The position numbers and the translations under genes were made by a program. Positions 20,649 through 30,115 of a stretch of DNA of 64,000 nucleotides are shown here, in pieces; the stretch's first letter is position 1, and every line of letters begins with the position of its first letter. Location: assembly GCF_946222285.1 (NCBI RefSeq), contig NZ_CAMIIP010000003.1; one strand, given 5' to 3'. The notes beneath the pieces were generated by a model. That model had not been told where the DNA came from. It ran no database searches and saw only the letters and a program-made list of their open reading frames with translations. Source of the DNA: an uncultured Rothia sp. GTDB lineage: Bacteria > Actinomycetota > Actinomycetes > Actinomycetales > Micrococcaceae.

Positions 20649-20839
20649 GCAATAAGTGTACTGCAAGGCATAGCTAAATTACTACTCAGTAATGTAATTG
20701 CCTTGTGCCAAAAGCTACAGATTGCCAGTATTTTTCTAGTTCTCAACTAAAACAGGAACATCTGTGGTGTATATGAATGCTAAAAGTACCGTTGTAATGA
20801 TCGGCAATCATTAACGCGGCGTAAACCTGAAATAAACAG

Positions 20840-21230
20840 TTGATTTCGTTTATTGCATATGTTATAAACGAAGTAGGTGTGAATGCTCGCCTGTTGGCTC
20901 ATTTGCCTGAAAAGCTCCTAAGCTACCCGGCATGTAAGTTGTTCGCTCCACTTGCTTTGATACCGATGAACTCCGTTCTTCTGTGGAAGGTATTGAAACT
21001 TTCTTCTGAGCTTCAGCCACCGAGCTTGGATCGCCTTGAACAGCACCGTCAGATCGTGCAGGTGGCTGAGGTAGCAAAGTGGCCGGCAAAAACGTATACC
21101 GTAACGAAACTCTAGAAGAAGCATGAGTTACACGGTCATCAGCTTGGGTGCTTTGGCTGAGCCTACCAGCGTCGTCGAACGTGTGCTGGGTCGCCCAACG
21201 CAGTCCTTGAAAGAGACCTCACCCGATGCC
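20840..21230 (+). pseudogene. Decayed NmrA/SDR-like NAD(P)H-binding protein
   Basis: Fragments across frames with stops: GVNARLLAH, APKLPGM*VV, DELRSSVEGIETFF*ASATE, DRLEQHRQIV, VERVLGRP. Confidence 0.55.
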
Positions 21231-21261
21231 GGTGAAAGAACCGGTTTGTTATCTTATGGTT

Positions 21262-21798
21262 ATGGACTACGAGATACGGGATGCGAAAACTACCGATGCG
21301 GAAGCAGCGGCGCATCTTTATACAGACGGTTGGAGGTTCGCTTATCAGGGGCTGATCCCCCAGAACTACCTCGATTCTCTTAACGCTGAGGCGAGGGTTT
21401 CATACTGGGAAAAGACTTTATCTGAGCCTATTCACCTGAGAAAGTCTATTCGCAAAGTGGCATGTGATGAGAATCGTCAGGTGTTGGGCGTTATCAGTTT
21501 CGGCGCTGATAGGGAGCCTGAATCTGGCGCTGCCGAGATTTATACGCTTTATGCTCGACCGGAGAAAGTGGGGCAAGGCGTTGGATATAGCCTGATGAAT
21601 CATGCTGTGGTTGAGCTTCAGAAAGCTGGCTATCAGCAGGTCATCCTATGGGTGCTGCAGGGCAATGATCTTGCCCAGAACTTCTACACTCGACAGGGTT
21701 TTACTTTCACGGGTAAAACTCGTGAAGATGTCATAGAAGCTACCGTTTTGTGTGACCTACAGATGTTACGTCCGCTAACGACATCTGGATACCTTTGA
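21262..21798 (+). CDS. GNAT N-acetyltransferase
   Basis: EIYTLY..GQGVG, LWVLQGN..FYTRQGF. Confidence 0.88.
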   Translation: MDYEIRDAKTTDAEAAAHLYTDGWRFAYQGLIPQNYLDSLNAEARVSYWEKTLSEPIHLRKSIRKVACDENRQVLGVISFGADREPESGAAEIYTLYARPEKVGQGVGYSLMNHAVVELQKAGYQQVILWVLQGNDLAQNFYTRQGFTFTGKTREDVIEATVLCDLQMLRPLTTSGYL

Positions 21799-21805
21799 AA
21801 GGCTA

Positions 21806-22312
21806 CTACACATTCCCTAAGGTGCGGGTCATGAGCACTACCGATTGCCAGGTGCCGAACTTGAAACCTACCTCATCGAGCCTGCCAGCCACCGTGAAAC
21901 CAAATTTTTCATGGAACTTCAATGAGGTTTCATTAGCCGCATCAATCGATGCGTACATCACGTGAATACCAGCTTCCTGGGCGAGTTCAATCAGCCGTGT
22001 GAGCAGAATTTTACCGATGCCCTGCCCCCGAAAATCACGATGCATATAAATAGTGTGTTCCGCCGTGTATCGATAGCCTGCCTTGGAACTAAAATCGCTC
22101 AAATAGGCGAAACCGGCAATTTCATCCGCCTGGTTCACCGCCACAATTACGGGGTGTCCCTGCGCCTGGATAGTATCCCACCAGCGTCTTTGATCCTCTA
22201 AGCTCAGGGGCTCCAGATCGTAGCTGGCGGTTGTTCCCACACCGCCCTCGTTGTAGATAGCGTTGATGGCGATTAGATCGTTTTCAGCGGCGGGGCGAGT
22301 TAAAATGTTCAT
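21806..22312 (-). CDS. GNAT, phosphinothricin/methionine sulfoximine acetyltransferase-like
   Basis: RGQGIG, NETSLKFHEKFGF, EVGFKFG. Confidence 0.88.
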   Translation of the reverse strand: MNILTRPAAENDLIAINAIYNEGGVGTTASYDLEPLSLEDQRRWWDTIQAQGHPVIVAVNQADEIAGFAYLSDFSSKAGYRYTAEHTIYMHRDFRGQGIGKILLTRLIELAQEAGIHVMYASIDAANETSLKFHEKFGFTVAGRLDEVGFKFGTWQSVVLMTRTLGNV

Positions 22313-22412
22313 ATCAGAGACAGTAGCGGAACTGTATTACGCGTTTGTTTCCTAAACGTTACTGTCTGCTGATGTTGTAGCGGCTGGTGGTGTCTATGCC
22401 ACAATATAAACC

Positions 22413-24077
22413 GTGACTTTCTCTGATTTTTCAAATGTTCCTGATGCCCCCGTTAGCTCTGATTTAACCTCGCTGAAAAATTTGGGGCAGGCTTTGGAAC
22501 AGGCTCATTTCACCAATGAAGCTATTGCCGATGTTCTGGACGACGGCGCTTTTGCTGCGCTTCAACGCGATCAGATCGTTCCGGCTCGGCTTCGCATCGA
22601 AGAATTACTGGAGAATCCCCGCACACTAGAGAGCCAGAAAAAACTAGCTCTTCTTATTTCTCTCTTTATGCTCGGCGGTGCTCTCACCGAGCAAGAGTTG
22701 AGCTTAGCTTTGGGGGAGGAAGCCCCTCAAATAATGCAGAACCTGCGCCTTGTCGAACCCACTCAGAGCGAAACCACCCTTGCCGGAAGTCCCCAGATAG
22801 CCTGGCGCGCCGTCGTCGATCTTCGCCCTCACTCAGCCGATGACGGGATTGATATCTGGGTTGCTTCAGACCTACCGGCGCATATTGGTCGTGCTAGCTT
22901 ACGTAAAGATCATGTGCTGGGAATCGGACATGCTTCGCGTCATTTGGCGCAGTTCACCCAGCGCAAGCGAGTGAGCAAGGCACTTGATTTGGGTACGGGC
23001 TGCGGTATTCAGACCTTCCACCTGCTAGCGCACTGTGAGCATGTGATTGCCACCGATATTTCTGAGCGAGCATTGGCATTTACCGCTTTCAACCTACTGC
23101 TCAATGCCGATGCGCTCAACCTAGATCCGCTGAAACCGGAAGAGCGAGTGAGCCTGAGACTCGGCTCGCTTTTGAAACCGGTTTCTGGCGAAACTTTCGA
23201 TTTGGTTGTCTCTAACCCGCCTTTTGTGATTACTCCGCGAAACACGAGCGAAACCGCTCAAACCCGCTTCACTTATCGGGACGGCGGTATGGCGGGCGAT
23301 CAGATTGTCTCCACTTTGGTGCGTGAATTGCCCACTGTTTTGGCAGAGGGAGCAACTGCTCAAATGTTGGGCAACTGGGAAATCCCCGCTACGGTACCGG
23401 CAGAAGAAGGCTCCGATTGGTCGGCACGCCCTAGTTCGTGGGTTGGCGAAGAGAGCGAAGCCTGGTTTATTCAGCGCGAAGAACTTAGCCCCGAGCAGTA
23501 CGCGGAAACCTGGTTGCGCGATTCGAGTGAAACTGCAGATCCTCACACCTTTGAACAGTCCTACCGCTCCTACCTTATTGACTTTGCCTCGCGCGGGGTT
23601 GGCTCCATTGGATTCGGCATGATTTGGCTCCGCAAGCCTGAGACTTCGTCCTCTCACACATTGAAACTGCGCCGCTTTGAAGAAATCACCTACCCTATCC
23701 AACAGCCTCTGGCTCCCTTCATCAGCGAGTCGGTAGAACTGCACGATGCCGTAGCAACTCTTACCGATTCCCAACTAGAAGAGTTGCACCTGGTGGTTGC
23801 CGACGACGTTACCGAAGAGCGTCACGCCCAGCCAGGAGCCGAACACCCCGGCGTCATTCTTCTGCGCCAGGGCGCAGGTTTGCGCCGCACTATCCTAGAA
23901 TCGACGGCTACCGCCGGCTTCGTCTCCGCCTGTGATGGTGAGCTGAGCGTGGGGCAAATTGTTGGTGCCCTACACGCTTTGCTGGGCTGGGAAGGAACCG
24001 CGGAGAAAGTCGAACTTCTTGGTCATATTCGTGAACTCATTCTTCAAGGATTCCTGAGAATCGACGCAGGGGAATAG
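22413..24077 (+). CDS. Class I SAM-dependent N-methyltransferase (HemK-like)
   Basis: LDLGTGCGIQ, VSNPPFVI; upstream of topA. Confidence 0.85.
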   Translation: MTFSDFSNVPDAPVSSDLTSLKNLGQALEQAHFTNEAIADVLDDGAFAALQRDQIVPARLRIEELLENPRTLESQKKLALLISLFMLGGALTEQELSLALGEEAPQIMQNLRLVEPTQSETTLAGSPQIAWRAVVDLRPHSADDGIDIWVASDLPAHIGRASLRKDHVLGIGHASRHLAQFTQRKRVSKALDLGTGCGIQTFHLLAHCEHVIATDISERALAFTAFNLLLNADALNLDPLKPEERVSLRLGSLLKPVSGETFDLVVSNPPFVITPRNTSETAQTRFTYRDGGMAGDQIVSTLVRELPTVLAEGATAQMLGNWEIPATVPAEEGSDWSARPSSWVGEESEAWFIQREELSPEQYAETWLRDSSETADPHTFEQSYRSYLIDFASRGVGSIGFGMIWLRKPETSSSHTLKLRRFEEITYPIQQPLAPFISESVELHDAVATLTDSQLEELHLVVADDVTEERHAQPGAEHPGVILLRQGAGLRRTILESTATAGFVSACDGELSVGQIVGALHALLGWEGTAEKVELLGHIRELILQGFLRIDAGE

Positions 24078-24087
24078 ACTGACAGAC

Positions 24088-24501
24088 ATGGCAGAACCGA
24101 TACCCGAATCAAATGCGATTACAGAGCTATCCCACGAAAAATGCTGGGCCCTCCTTAAAGCCCACAGCATTGGCAGACTGGCGCTACGCTCTGGCACCCT
24201 TATCGATATCCTCATCGTCAAATACGCGGTACATCGCGGTCGTATCTACTTTCAGTCAATTGCTGGAGAGAACTTCAAATCTATCGTGGTGAGTCGCCAG
24301 GTAGCATTTGAAATCGATGAGGCTCGAAGCAACACAGTGAAATCTGTTATTGTGCAGGGAACAGCCGAATGGCATTTTCATGAGCTACCTATTAACCCCG
24401 AAATCCTTGATGACGTTCGCCTAGAGAGCGGTCAAGATATGAATTGGGTGGAAGTGAAACCCGAATCAATCTCTGGGCGCGAACTGAGGATCCTCGGCTA
24501 G
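24088..24501 (+). CDS. Pyridoxamine 5'-phosphate oxidase-like protein
   Basis: CWALL..GRLA, VAFEID, SVIVQG, ISGR. Confidence 0.75.
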   Translation: MAEPIPESNAITELSHEKCWALLKAHSIGRLALRSGTLIDILIVKYAVHRGRIYFQSIAGENFKSIVVSRQVAFEIDEARSNTVKSVIVQGTAEWHFHELPINPEILDDVRLESGQDMNWVEVKPESISGRELRILG

Positions 24502-24607
24502 AAACTTATCCAATTCTTCACCGACTACTTTTTCTTACCACCGCTCTCGGCGCATATTGTGCGATATTGTGGAGCAAGATAACCCAGATAACTTTTCAAG
24601 GAGCATT

Positions 24608-27391
24608 GTGCCCACCACTGCCAAGGCGAATACACATCACGGAAAATCGCTACTCATCGTTGAGTCACCATCAAAGGTGAAAACAATTAGTGGTTATCTC
24701 GGCGATGCTTTTGAGGTGGAATCCTCTATGGGCCATATCCGCGATCTTCCACAACCCTCTGAACTTCCTGAAGAGCTAAAAAAAACTCCGGTAGGTAAAT
24801 TTGCCGTTGATTTAGAGAACAACTTCGAACCTTACTACCAGGTTAATCCTGATAAAAAGAAAAAGGTCACCGAACTTAAACGCAAGCTTAAAGAAGTAGA
24901 TGCTCTCTATCTGGCAACCGATGGGGATCGTGAAGGCGAAGCTATTGCCTGGCATCTTCTGCAGGTACTTAAGCCTAAGGTTCCCGTCTATCGCCTCACC
25001 TTTCCTGAAATCACCCGCGAGGCAGTGGAACGTGCTTTCGGTGAACTACGCGATATTGACCAGGATCTAGTAGACGCTCAAGAAACCCGCCGAGTACTGG
25101 ATCGTCTGTACGGTTATGAGCTTTCTCCGGTTCTCTGGCGCAAAGTCTCCCGCGGGCTTTCTGCAGGTCGTGTGCAGTCGGTGGCAACCCGGCTGGTAGT
25201 AGAACGTGAGCGCGAACGCATGGCGTTTCGCTCGGCTAACTACTGGGATCTGACCGGCACTTTCGCTACCGAGAAAAATGAAGAATTCACCGCTAAACTT
25301 TCGTCGGTGGACGGCGCTCGCGTAGCATCGGGTAAAGATTTTGGCGATGACGGTCAGCTCAAGTCTGCTTCTCAGTCTAAGGTGACTCATCTCGATGAAG
25401 CCGCCGCCGGTTCTCTTGCTGAGGCTCTACAGAACTCAACTTTTGCCGTCCGTTCGGTGGAGACTAAACCGTATACTCGCCGTCCTGCTGCGCCTTTTAC
25501 TACTTCTACCTTGCAGCAGGAGGCGGCGCGTAAGCTACGTTTTTCTTCGCGTTCGACCATGCAGGTGGCGCAGCGGCTCTACGAAAATGGTTACATTACC
25601 TACATGCGTACCGATTCGGTGGCACTGTCTACTCAGGCGGTGAATGCTGCTCGCGAGCAGGCCAAGGAGCTCTACGGCGCTGAGTATGTTCCTGTTTCGC
25701 CGCGCAATTATGCTTCTAAGTCTAAGAACGCTCAGGAGGCCCACGAGGCGATTCGCCCCGCAGGCGATTCTTTCCGCATGCCCTCGCAGGTGAAATCTGC
25801 GCTGAGTCCCGATGAGTTCCGTCTGTATGAGTTGATTTGGAAGCGTACCGTGGCGTCGCAGATGGCTGATGCTAAGGGTTCCACCGCTTCTATCAAACTG
25901 GGTGCCCAGGCAGCAGATGGGCGTGATGCTGAGTTCTCGGCATCCGGTACCGTGATTACTTTCCGCGGTTTTCTTGCAGCCTACGAAGAGGGCAGGGACG
26001 CTACCCGAGCAGAGGCTAAAACCGAAGAGGCTAAGGACGAGAAGCATTTGCCTCAGTTGGCTGAAAAAGATGCGCTGGCTGCCTCTGATATTAAGGCTTT
26101 GAGCCACGATACTAGCGCACCTCCTCGCTATACGGAGGCTTCATTGGTGAAGGTTCTCGATGAGCTGGGTATCGGCCGCCCTTCCACCTACGCGGCTACA
26201 ATTTCTACCATTATGGATCGCGGTTATGTGAATAATCGTTCGGGTTCGCTGGTGCCTTCGTGGACTGCTTTTTCTGTGGTTCGTCTCTTGGAAGAGCATT
26301 TCAACCGCTATGTGAACTATGAGTTCACCGCTGAGATGGAAGAAGATCTTGACCGCATTGCCCGCGGCGAGGAGAACCGCCCTCACTGGTTGAGCGAGTT
26401 CTATTTTGGCGACGACACTAGCCAGGGCTTGAAACCCATCGTTGATAATTTGGGGGAGATTGATGCCCGCGCCATTAATTCGATTGAAATTGCTGATGGC
26501 ATTGTTTTACGCGTGGGTAAGTTTGGCCCCTATTTGGAAACAGGCGGGGAAATTAACACTGAGACCGGTGAGATCATCGATCCTATTCGTGCTAACGTTC
26601 CCGTTGACCTTGCACCCGATGAACTTACCGCTGAAAAGGCTGCGGAGCTGATCGAGAAAGGTAAAGACGACGGGCGCGAGTTGGGTATTGACCCCGAGAC
26701 CGGGCGTACTATTGTGGCTCGTGATGGTCGCTATGGCCCTTACGTTACCGAGATTATTCCCGAGATGACTGAGGAAGAAATCCAGAAGTGGATGGATCAG
26801 CAGCCAACCGAATACTACAAGAACGGTCGCGCTAAGCCTAAGAAAAAGCCTAAGCCCGAAAAACCTCGTACCGGATCGCTCTTCAAGTCCATGGATTTGG
26901 CCACGGTGAGCTTAGAAGATGCTCTCAAGCTAATGAGTCTGCCGCGTATTGTGGGCACCGATGAAGAGGGAACTGAGATTACCGTGCAGAATGGTCGCTT
27001 CGGTCCTTACCTCAAGAAGGGTACGGATTCCCGTTCGCTCGGTAGCGAAGAAGAAATTTTCACCATCACTTTGGAACAGGCCAAGGAGATTTACTCTCAG
27101 CCGAAACAACGCGGTCGTGGCACAGCCAAGCCTCCACTGGCTGAATTGGGCGTTGATCCGGTTTCTGAAAAGAAAATCGTTATTAAAGACGGTCGCTTTG
27201 GCCCCTACATCACCGACGGCGTTACCAATATTACGGTGCCGCGTAGCGAAACGGTTGAATCCGTCACCCATGAGCGTGCGGTAGATCTGCTGGCTGAAAA
27301 GCGCGCTAAGGGCCCGGTTAAGCGAAAGACGGCGGCTAAAAAGACCGCAGCAAAGAAACCTTCGGCTCGAAAGAGTACTGCGAAAAAATAA
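24608..27391 (+). CDS. topA: Type I DNA topoisomerase
   Basis: IVESPSK, DGDREGE, SAGRVQS, ITYMRTDS, Lys-rich tail; AAGGAG before GTG 24608. Confidence 0.97.
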   Translation: MPTTAKANTHHGKSLLIVESPSKVKTISGYLGDAFEVESSMGHIRDLPQPSELPEELKKTPVGKFAVDLENNFEPYYQVNPDKKKKVTELKRKLKEVDALYLATDGDREGEAIAWHLLQVLKPKVPVYRLTFPEITREAVERAFGELRDIDQDLVDAQETRRVLDRLYGYELSPVLWRKVSRGLSAGRVQSVATRLVVERERERMAFRSANYWDLTGTFATEKNEEFTAKLSSVDGARVASGKDFGDDGQLKSASQSKVTHLDEAAAGSLAEALQNSTFAVRSVETKPYTRRPAAPFTTSTLQQEAARKLRFSSRSTMQVAQRLYENGYITYMRTDSVALSTQAVNAAREQAKELYGAEYVPVSPRNYASKSKNAQEAHEAIRPAGDSFRMPSQVKSALSPDEFRLYELIWKRTVASQMADAKGSTASIKLGAQAADGRDAEFSASGTVITFRGFLAAYEEGRDATRAEAKTEEAKDEKHLPQLAEKDALAASDIKALSHDTSAPPRYTEASLVKVLDELGIGRPSTYAATISTIMDRGYVNNRSGSLVPSWTAFSVVRLLEEHFNRYVNYEFTAEMEEDLDRIARGEENRPHWLSEFYFGDDTSQGLKPIVDNLGEIDARAINSIEIADGIVLRVGKFGPYLETGGEINTETGEIIDPIRANVPVDLAPDELTAEKAAELIEKGKDDGRELGIDPETGRTIVARDGRYGPYVTEIIPEMTEEEIQKWMDQQPTEYYKNGRAKPKKKPKPEKPRTGSLFKSMDLATVSLEDALKLMSLPRIVGTDEEGTEITVQNGRFGPYLKKGTDSRSLGSEEEIFTITLEQAKEIYSQPKQRGRGTAKPPLAELGVDPVSEKKIVIKDGRFGPYITDGVTNITVPRSETVESVTHERAVDLLAEKRAKGPVKRKTAAKKTAAKKPSARKSTAKK

Positions 27392-28188
27392 TGAATAATA
27401 CGCAAAATCATGTGATTGAGGTGGCTCTGTCCACTGCCTGCCTATTTCCGCCAAGTGTGCCCGATACTTTCGCCACCGCTGTAGATTTAGGGTACGACAG
27501 CGTAGAGGTCATGATTACCGGTAACGCACTCTCGCAAGAGCCGCATGACCTTTTGGATTTGGTGCAAAAGTTTCAGATGCCTATCTCTGCTATTCACGCA
27601 CCCACCCTGCTCCTGACTCAGCAGGTATGGGGGCGTGCCTGGAACAAGATGCAGATGGCGGCGAAGATGACTAAAGACGTGGGTGCAAACGTAATCGTTG
27701 CTCACCCGCCCTTTCGCTGGCAAAAGATTTACGCTAAGAACTTTGTGGAGGGCGTGCGCGAAATTTCTCGGGCTGAAGAGGTGAGAATCGCCGTCGAAAA
27801 TATGTATCCGTGGAGCGCCGCTGGGCGCGAAATGGAAATGTATGCACCTCACTGGGACCCTACCCGTTTTGACTACGATTGGATGACCTGGGATTTTTCT
27901 CATGCTGCCGCAGCTAAAGTTGATTCTTTGGAATATGTGAAAAAGATTGGCAATCGTCTCGGGCATGTGCATCTAACGGACGGCAGCGGAGATAAGGTTA
28001 TGGACGAACACCTGATGCCCGGTTACGGAACCCAGCCGGTTGCCGAAACCCTTGAATACTTGGCGCAGAAGAAGTGGGACGGCGTTGTCTGTGCTGAGAT
28101 ATCCACTAAGGGTAAGAATGCTAGTAAGCGAGACGAAATGCTGTATGAAACGTTACAGTTCGCCCACCGGCACCTGAGACATCCATAG
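27391..28188 (+). CDS. Sugar phosphate isomerase/epimerase family protein
   Basis: IHAP, VENMYPW, DFSH, HVHLTD, DEHL. Confidence 0.82.
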   Translation: MNNTQNHVIEVALSTACLFPPSVPDTFATAVDLGYDSVEVMITGNALSQEPHDLLDLVQKFQMPISAIHAPTLLLTQQVWGRAWNKMQMAAKMTKDVGANVIVAHPPFRWQKIYAKNFVEGVREISRAEEVRIAVENMYPWSAAGREMEMYAPHWDPTRFDYDWMTWDFSHAAAAKVDSLEYVKKIGNRLGHVHLTDGSGDKVMDEHLMPGYGTQPVAETLEYLAQKKWDGVVCAEISTKGKNASKRDEMLYETLQFAHRHLRHP

Positions 28189-28236
28189 TCGGTGATGAGG
28201 AATGGGGCGGAATTGATACGAGAGAAGGATGTTTTG

Positions 28237-29085
28237 ATGTCTGAAAAAATTATCACTTTTATTGGTACCGGCTCAATGAACGGGGCGATTGCTTCGGGTC
28301 TCCTAGCGAGCGGTTTCCCCGCAGAGGGCCTTCGAGCCACAGTCAATAGCGCAGAAAGCGCCCAGAAGCTTTCTGAGAAATTGGGTGAGGGTTCCAGCGA
28401 TGTGGAGGTATTCTCAGCTGAAGAATCTTCAGATGCCAATCAAAAGGCTGTGAAGGGTGCTTCTGCTGTTCTTATAGGAGTTAAACCTTATGCAGTTCTT
28501 GAGATACTTGAATCGATCAAAGACGCGCTAGATGAGCAGACCCTGGTAATTTCGGTAGCTGCCGGGGTTCCTCTTGCCTCAATGCAAAAGATTCTGGGCG
28601 ATCAGCAACCGGTGATTCGTTGTATGCCCAATACCCCCTCCCGCGTAGGCAAAGGGGTTTTGGCGGTTTCTTCGGGCGAATCAGTGAGCGAGAAACAGCT
28701 AGAACTTGCTGAAGAGATTTTAGGGGCGGTGGGAACTGTCTTTCGTGTAGAAGAAAACCAGATGGATGCTGTTACGGCAGTTTCTGGATCCGGACCAGCC
28801 TATGCTTTCCTCCTTGCTGAGTGCATGGAGAAGGCTGGCATAAAGCTTGGGCTAGATGAAAAGACCGCTCAAGAGCTGGCTGCTCTTACGGTAGCCGGTG
28901 CTGGAGCTCTTCTGGAGAGAGATCCGCACCCCGAAGATCTTCGCAAAGCTGTAACCAGCCCCGGCGGTACCACTGAGCAAGCAATTGTGGCTTTTCAAGA
29001 AGGCGGTATCGAAGAGCTGACCTACACGGCAATGAAAGCCAATGCCGATAAATCAGTAGCGATGAGCGAAGAATATTCTCAATAG
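28237..29085 (+). CDS. proC: Pyrroline-5-carboxylate reductase
   Basis: GTGSM, RCMPNTP, SGSGPAY, VTSPGGTT. Confidence 0.95.
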   Translation: MSEKIITFIGTGSMNGAIASGLLASGFPAEGLRATVNSAESAQKLSEKLGEGSSDVEVFSAEESSDANQKAVKGASAVLIGVKPYAVLEILESIKDALDEQTLVISVAAGVPLASMQKILGDQQPVIRCMPNTPSRVGKGVLAVSSGESVSEKQLELAEEILGAVGTVFRVEENQMDAVTAVSGSGPAYAFLLAECMEKAGIKLGLDEKTAQELAALTVAGAGALLERDPHPEDLRKAVTSPGGTTEQAIVAFQEGGIEELTYTAMKANADKSVAMSEEYSQ

Positions 29086-29185
29086 AATTTGCTGAGTAGT
29101 TGAGTATTCCATTCACAAGTTCTTGATAGCCACACGGCGAGGACGGTGTTTAGTAACAGGGAGCAGATAGCCGTCAAAGAATCTT

Positions 29186-29230
29186 AAAAAAGGAAAGCTT
29201 CGACTGTAGGGAATCAGTCGAAGCTTTCCT
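29186..29230 (-). terminator. Intrinsic terminator
   Basis: 16-bp stem AGGAAAGCTTCGACTG/CAGTCGAAGCTTTCCT with a U tract on the minus strand. Confidence 0.85.
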
Positions 29231-29368
29231 GGATGCTCGCTTAAAGCTAACATCCCAGCTAGTTATCTCAACATTCGGTTTAGGGGGCACCGATTATTTG
29301 TTGAGAAAAACTGAACTGTTTTGAACGGGTTCGCAATCCGTTCAGTAATCACTCGCACCTTTAGAGGT
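29186..29368 (-). ncRNA. Candidate sRNA (~180 nt)
   Basis: TGGCAA-17-TATGAT promoter, two internal hairpins and a terminator. Confidence 0.4.
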
Positions 29369-29446
29369 ATCTACATCATAAGCAGATTTGTCGAATATTG
29401 CCAGCACGTCCTAGAAAAAAATTAATTTATTTTCCACCGACCTCTT

Positions 29447-30115
29447 CTAGGGTCGATCAGCAAAACGGTCAATCAAATCGACCTGCCCAGAGACAATCAG
29501 CAGGTCACGGCTAGAAATTTTTGTATCGGGTGTGGCGTGGGTAAAATCATCGCCCGGGGCTTTTACCCCCACAATTGTTACCCCGTACCGGCTACGAATA
29601 TTTGATTCTGCCAGGGTGAACCCTTGAGTTTCTTTCGGCGGTCGCATTTTGACGATGGCAAAATCATCGTCAAATTCTATGTAATCCAAAAGTCGGCCCG
29701 ATACCAGGTGCGCTGCGCGTCGTCCGGCATCAGCTTCGGGAAAAATCACGTTATGGGCGCCGATTCGGGAGAGGATTTTGCCGTGGGCAGGAGTAATTGC
29801 CTTGGACCAGATTCTCTCAATTCCCAGGTCTACAAGATTGGCGGTAATCAACACGGAGGCTTCTACAGAAGTTCCCACGCCCACCACAGCGGCAGTAAAG
29901 TCTGTGGCTCCGAGCTGGCGCAGTGCATCGATATCGGTGGCATCTGCTTCTACCACATGGGTGAGTAGACCTGACCATTTTTGAACCAGTACGGGATCTT
30001 TCTCAATAGCAAGGACTTCTTTGTTCTGACGGCGAAGCTGGGCGGCGGTGGAAGCACCGAAGCGTCCCAATCCGATGACCATAACAGGAACGTTATTTTT
30101 GTTGCGATCAGCCAA
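29447..30115 (-). CDS. trkA: TrkA/KtrA potassium uptake RCK subunit
   Basis: GLGRFG, RCK-N and RCK-C domains; TTG start overlaps the trkH stop. Confidence 0.9.
   Translation of the reverse strand: MADRNKNNVPVMVIGLGRFGASTAAQLRRQNKEVLAIEKDPVLVQKWSGLLTHVVEADATDIDALRQLGATDFTAAVVGVGTSVEASVLITANLVDLGIERIWSKAITPAHGKILSRIGAHNVIFPEADAGRRAAHLVSGRLLDYIEFDDDFAIVKMRPPKETQGFTLAESNIRSRYGVTIVGVKAPGDDFTHATPDTKISSRDLLIVSGQVDLIDRFADRP

Noticed and set aside
20860..21240. Glycine riboswitch or Ms1-like RNA (CTTTTCAGGCAAA motif and a TCAGCCACC/GGTGGCTGA stem)
   Set aside because: Other required motifs and the expected gene context are missing; better explained as an SDR pseudogene
27320..27391. Lys/Ala repeats at the end of topA
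   Set aside because: Known feature of actinobacterial TopA
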